Source: Lytechinus pictus
Taxonomy: Eukaryota
Reading direction: 5' to 3'
NCBI RefSeq assembly: GCF_037042905.1
Contig: NC_087250.1
Span: 6,822,001 to 6,886,000, forward strand
Length of the DNA: 64,000 bases
In this document: piece after piece, positions 63,355 to 64,000 of the stretch
Numbering within the stretch: the first letter of the stretch is position 1
How the letters are laid out: each line of letters begins with the position of its first letter
Program-made: the position numbers and the translations under genes
The notes under the pieces: generated by a model
What the model was told of the DNA's origin: nothing
Database searches by the model: none
The model's input: the letters and a program-made list of their open reading frames with translations, nothing else

Positions 63355-63790
63355 CCATTGACCCAACATGATCTTTGACCAAAATCATGTGACCTAAGAC
63401 GTGTTCAAAACATACTTGATAACCCTTATATATATGTTTAATGTGTAGATCCATAGTTGTTCAAAGTTATGATGCCAATCATAAAATACCCCCAACACGG
63501 CCTAAGCTTATTGACCCTAAATTACCTTTGGTCTTAATCATGTGACCTGAAACATACACATGATTTTAATGGATGGATGGTTACTCTTATGTTCAAGTTT
63601 CATGAACTAGATCCATAAACTTTTAAAGTTATGACAATTCCACAAATATCGCCAATATTATCAAAGTACGTTTACCCTAAATGACATTTGACCTTGGTAA
63701 TGTGACCTTAAACTCGCACAGGAAGTTCAGGGATACTCAATTGCTCTATTTCATTAAAGCAAGAGTGTATAGTCTCTCGCTTCTAGGCAG
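63355..63790 (+). repeat. Degenerate ~160-bp tandem repeat (TGACC..AAATGACCTTTGACC...ATGTGACCT)
   Basis: Three imperfect copies sharing ATGTGACCT; the first two also share AGATCCATA and AAAGTTATGA. Confidence 0.7.
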
Positions 63791-64000
63791 GCTATACCAA
63801 AACGGAAATTTATTTTGAACGCTTACTGGTTGCATTAGTATTGCATTTGTTGCACTAAAGCGCGTATACAAAAACCGGGACAGATTTGAAAAGTCCCCCC
63901 CAAAAAAAAAAAATAATAATAATAAAAAATAAAAAAATGTTTCCAATTATAATGTCTATATTTTGATGTTAATATGTGCTCTAGGGTCTTATCATTCGAA

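Overview
AT-rich, repeat-dense eukaryotic (animal) DNA; the gene type and repeat landscape suggest an echinoderm such as a sea urchin (inference only). The main gene is a + strand NLR innate-immune receptor (Death domain - NACHT - divergent LRRs). Ten frame-compatible exons run from 20943 to 62678 (1307 codons from ATG 20945; one micro-exon is tentative), and no stop codon is reached, so the gene probably continues past the window end. Its LRR region is built from four tandem two-exon cassettes (large phase 0-2 exon plus a 49-52 nt phase 2-0 micro-exon). Upstream lies an intact-ORF RLE-type non-LTR retrotransposon (Hero-like) between (TA)n tracts. Other retroelements are a frameshifted Rex1/Babar-like LINE, an L2 3' fragment and tRNA-derived SINEs. 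Many non-autonomous DNA transposons have readable TIRs and TSDs (hAT, Tc1/mariner, MULE-like, Kolobok-like, CACTA-like, Sola2-like, Harbinger-like), including a five-level nest in the Death-NACHT intron. A 49-bp satellite is split by a 3.2-kb transposon. The most unusual item is a ~790-bp intronic unit (53064-53850) with short inverted ends that contains a tRNA-like gene with a UCA (UGA-reading) anticodon and, ~150 bp downstream, a minimal hammerhead ribozyme core. All calls were made by eye; no searches were run.
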